Shown here one piece after another: positions 32,897 to 35,506 of a stretch of 35,506 bases of DNA. The notes under the pieces are model-generated. The model was not told where the DNA came from. It ran no database searches and was given only the letters and a program-made list of their open reading frames with translations. The position numbers and the translations under genes are program-made. This DNA is from a virus. Lineage: Duplodnaviria > Caudoviricetes. The stretch's first letter is position 1, and each line of letters opens with the position of its first letter. The DNA lies in the IMG/VR virus record IMGVR_UViG_3300046823_000374, positions 1-35,506 of that record, one strand, 5' to 3'.

Positions 32897-34060
32897 CTAT
32901 CGGCCACCAAACAGTTCGTCCATTGCATCCGCCACTTTGTCTCTCCCCTCATCCGTCTCATGGGTGTAGTACTCAGTCATCGATAGCGATGCATGCCCCA
33001 GGAGCGTCTGGATGTCCTTCGGCGGCACTCCGCGTGATGCCAGCAATGTCGATGCCGTGTGCCGCAGATCATGCGGGCGGATACGTGGTAAGCCAGCACG
33101 GTCGAGTGCCACATGGAAGTCTTTACCAACGTTGCCCCGGTCCAACGGCGTCCCGATCGGTGTGCAGAACACAAGGTCATGTTCTTCCCATTTGTCGCCG
33201 GCGCGCTTCCGCTCAAATGCCTGTTGTTCCTGGTGACGCTTGAGCGCCTCGACAACGAACCGCGGCAGCCGCAAGGTGGCGAACTTTAGCTTGCTCGTCT
33301 CCCGATCCACACGGCGCACCACACCATCGACGCGCTGCATCTGCCCGGTGATCGAGAGCGTCCGTTTGGTGAGATCGATGTCTTCCCACCTGAGCCCCAT
33401 CAAGACGCCTTGTCGCAGGGCGCATGCGAGGGCAAGGGTGTAGAAGGCGATCAACCGGTCATCAGCATTCTTCTCCAGGAACGTCTCCGCCTCTTTCGCG
33501 CTCAGCGTTCGATACCGCCGTTTGGGTACATCGGGCCGGTCCGCGAAGTGGGCGGCATTGCGCGGTACCGCACCTGCCTTATAGGCGTGCTCCAATGCGG
33601 CGTGGATGATGGCACGATGGTACTCCACCGTGCGCAGGCTCAGACCCTTCTGGCGGCTCGTGGTGAGCAACTGCTTGATATGGCGCGTGTGCACCTGATC
33701 GAGCCGGAGAGTGCCGATCGCCGGGTTGATGTGGTTCCTGATCTCCGCCCGATAGGATTCCAGGGTTCGGGGCGCGTTCTTGTTCATCGACTCTTTGTAG
33801 GCAAGCCATTCTTCCAGCCACTCAGACACCTTCATCTTGCCCGCGTCCAGGTCCGCGCCGGCGTCATACGTCGCACGCAGATCGAGCAGTTGTTTGTTGA
33901 CGCCTGCTTCACTACGACCGCGCACACTCTTGACGTTCGGTGAGCCATCGGGCTTGCGACCGAGGGTGATCTGACCCCACCACTGCTGCGGGCCCAGCTG
34001 CTTGACGGTCCCCGACCCCTTCGGCCGGCGCGGTTTCGGCGAGTCCGTCATGGCGGTCAC
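32897..34060 (-). CDS. int: Tyrosine integrase
   Basis: RRPKGSGTV arm-binding N-terminus; ALRQG..MGLRWEDID, HDLRH, LGH and catalytic Y (EYYTH). Confidence 0.97.
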   Translation of the reverse strand: MTAMTDSPKPRRPKGSGTVKQLGPQQWWGQITLGRKPDGSPNVKSVRGRSEAGVNKQLLDLRATYDAGADLDAGKMKVSEWLEEWLAYKESMNKNAPRTLESYRAEIRNHINPAIGTLRLDQVHTRHIKQLLTTSRQKGLSLRTVEYHRAIIHAALEHAYKAGAVPRNAAHFADRPDVPKRRYRTLSAKEAETFLEKNADDRLIAFYTLALACALRQGVLMGLRWEDIDLTKRTLSITGQMQRVDGVVRRVDRETSKLKFATLRLPRFVVEALKRHQEQQAFERKRAGDKWEEHDLVFCTPIGTPLDRGNVGKDFHVALDRAGLPRIRPHDLRHTASTLLASRGVPPKDIQTLLGHASLSMTEYYTHETDEGRDKVADAMDELFGGR

Positions 34061-35061
34061 GACAGACTGCTAAGCATGGCATACATTTCCGCTCGTGCCA
34101 CGGTGGCTGACGTTGTCACTGATGTCTGAGCTGCCGATTGGCCGTTCGCCGGGATGAAATCCACGAAGGTGTATCCGCCGCCGATGATATTGCCCGCGGC
34201 GTCATAAACGATCGCCGAGACACGGACATTCTTTACGTCTGTTGGATACGCGCTTTTGATGATACCACTAACCTTTGGGTAGTCTTTGTCCGGCTGGTAG
34301 GCGACGTTGCTACTCGTGAACGCAGGCGGGTAGGTTTTCGTCGCCGCCTTCCCTGCCTTGACTTGCACATCGATCCGGGTCACGGGCGTGTCGGCGTTCA
34401 GATAGATGTCCTTCGCGATACCGAGGCGTTGGGCGGAGAGGATGAGCGAGATGTATCCCGAGTCACTGCCGAGCACCGTCCCGCCGCCTCCGTAGGCGGC
34501 GATCTGATACTGGCTGTCTTCCAATGTGGGTCCGCCATTATCAACAAGGAACGCGATGCTGACCGACTTGCCTTTCTGGCCAAATCCCGACTTGGCGACG
34601 CTCAGCCCGCCACTTACGGCCGGCGATGCTGCTGCCTGCGTCGCTCCCGTCGGCGCGGTTGCGGCGGGCGCTGCCGCGGGGCCGCCACTCGGGTATTTGG
34701 TCTTGTACTTCTGGCTTCCCAGGAGGCTGAGGAGCACATCGTTTGGTGGCTGATTCTCCGGATGCGCCTCGAAGACGGCGCGCTCGAAGTATTGCACCGT
34801 GTAGGTTTTCCCGTCCGTATCGCTCTTTTCCTGAAACGGCGCCGAGATCGGGAACCCCTGTTGCGCGAGACCACCGTGTGATTTCCAGTAGGTGAGGAAC
34901 GCACCGCAGACTGGGAAGCCGGTTTCGGCGAAGGTCTGGCAGTCATCCGCGGCCGCGAGCGGTGCGGGCGAGAGGAGGTGGCGGCTCCCGGCAAGATAGC
35001 CGCCCGCGATGAGCATCCCCGCGACGACGCAGCCGACGATCGGATACCAGCGCCGCATCAT
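34057..35061 (-). CDS. Secreted or membrane-anchored protein with Chloroflexota-type repeat and FxLYD-like domains
   Basis: AAGGAGG RBS; N-terminal TM/signal; FAETG...FLTYW..HGGL...GFPIS...VQYFERAVFEAHPEN; VSAIVYDAAGNIIGGG; lies between cI and int. Confidence 0.8.
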   Translation of the reverse strand: MMRRWYPIVGCVVAGMLIAGGYLAGSRHLLSPAPLAAADDCQTFAETGFPVCGAFLTYWKSHGGLAQQGFPISAPFQEKSDTDGKTYTVQYFERAVFEAHPENQPPNDVLLSLLGSQKYKTKYPSGGPAAAPAATAPTGATQAAASPAVSGGLSVAKSGFGQKGKSVSIAFLVDNGGPTLEDSQYQIAAYGGGGTVLGSDSGYISLILSAQRLGIAKDIYLNADTPVTRIDVQVKAGKAATKTYPPAFTSSNVAYQPDKDYPKVSGIIKSAYPTDVKNVRVSAIVYDAAGNIIGGGYTFVDFIPANGQSAAQTSVTTSATVARAEMYAMLSSLS

Positions 35062-35089
35062 TGCACCCTCCTTCGCGTACCAGTCCTGC

Positions 35090-35506
35090 CTAAAGAAATC
35101 GGTCATCCAGCGGGCGAGTGATCTGTATGACTCTTCCCACCACGCCTTCATCTTTTTCGGCATCCTCCAACGACACGATTGATCCATCTGCGTCACCGCG
35201 GAGGACCGTCTTCCCGCCAACGCGTGCGAGCCGCTTCACATAGGTTTCGCCTTGCACCACGGCGACGACGATATTGCCGACATCCCATTTGGCGTGCGTG
35301 TCGAAGACCACGAAATCCCCTTCCAGGATTTGCGGCTCCATACATGTACCCTTGGCTTTCACTGCTTGAATTGATTGTCGGTTCTGCCGAAACCGGGGCG
35401 GAAGATAGACATACTCTTCAACCGGGACACCGATTCCCATTGAGGCCGTCACATTCTGCACCACGGGTATTGGCACGGGTTGGTTGATAAGGGCTTCGCG
35501 CAGGAG
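35090..35506 (-). CDS. CI/LexA-like repressor, C-terminal S24 peptidase-like part (continuation of the gene starting at 391)
   Basis: KAKGTCMEPQILEGDFVVFD...GNIVVA...YVKRL...VVGRVI. Confidence 0.9.
   Translation of the reverse strand, partial: LLREALINQPVPIPVVQNVTASMGIGVPVEEYVYLPPRFRQNRQSIQAVKAKGTCMEPQILEGDFVVFDTHAKWDVGNIVVAVVQGETYVKRLARVGGKTVLRGDADGSIVSLEDAEKDEGVVGRVIQITRPLDDRFL
35380..35506. repeat. Terminal direct repeat, copy 2 (circular assembly overlap)
   Basis: Identical to 1-127. Confidence 0.95.

Noticed and set aside
35380-35506. 127-bp terminal repeat as physical phage DTRs
   Set aside because: It falls in the middle of the repressor gene and 127 is a common assembler k-mer size, so a circular-contig overlap is the better explanation.

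Overview
The window is one apparently complete temperate siphovirus-type phage genome of about 35,379 bp, GC-rich. Bases 1-127 repeat exactly at 35380-35506, which is best read as the overlap of a circular assembly: the CI-like repressor gene runs in frame across the junction. Gene order is divergent cI/cro switch; early operon (Xis-like HTH, Bet/RecT recombinase, HExxH metallopeptidase, replication initiator with internal iterons, helicase-loader-like genes, VRR-NUC, Phd-like protein, VUT/YhhQ transporter, putative late regulator); late promoter with attenuator; terminase, portal, protease and HK97 capsid; neck; tail tube; frameshifted chaperone; tape measure; Dit; fibres; hub; a freestanding GIY-YIG endonuclease; endolysin and LL-H holin; a leftward accessory block (Pmp3-like membrane protein, Zn-ribbon protein, stand-alone WYL domain, HicAB); a divergent HTH gene; attP (3' half of tRNA-Gln CUG); tyrosine integrase; and a secreted FxLYD protein. 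The FERA-x-FE-x-HPE-type repeat domain in two proteins suggests a Chloroflexota host (inference). The most unusual signals are a dispersed family of three ~55-bp palindromes with a fixed 25-nt spacer and covarying arms, a lambda pR'-like late promoter/pause/terminator unit, a Cys replacing the repressor's catalytic Ser, synonymously recoded AT-rich patches in core genes, a WYL/HicAB/HTH module under duplicated promoters, and a multi-stem RNA-like element at 27868-27979. All protein calls come from motif recognition by eye; no database search was run.
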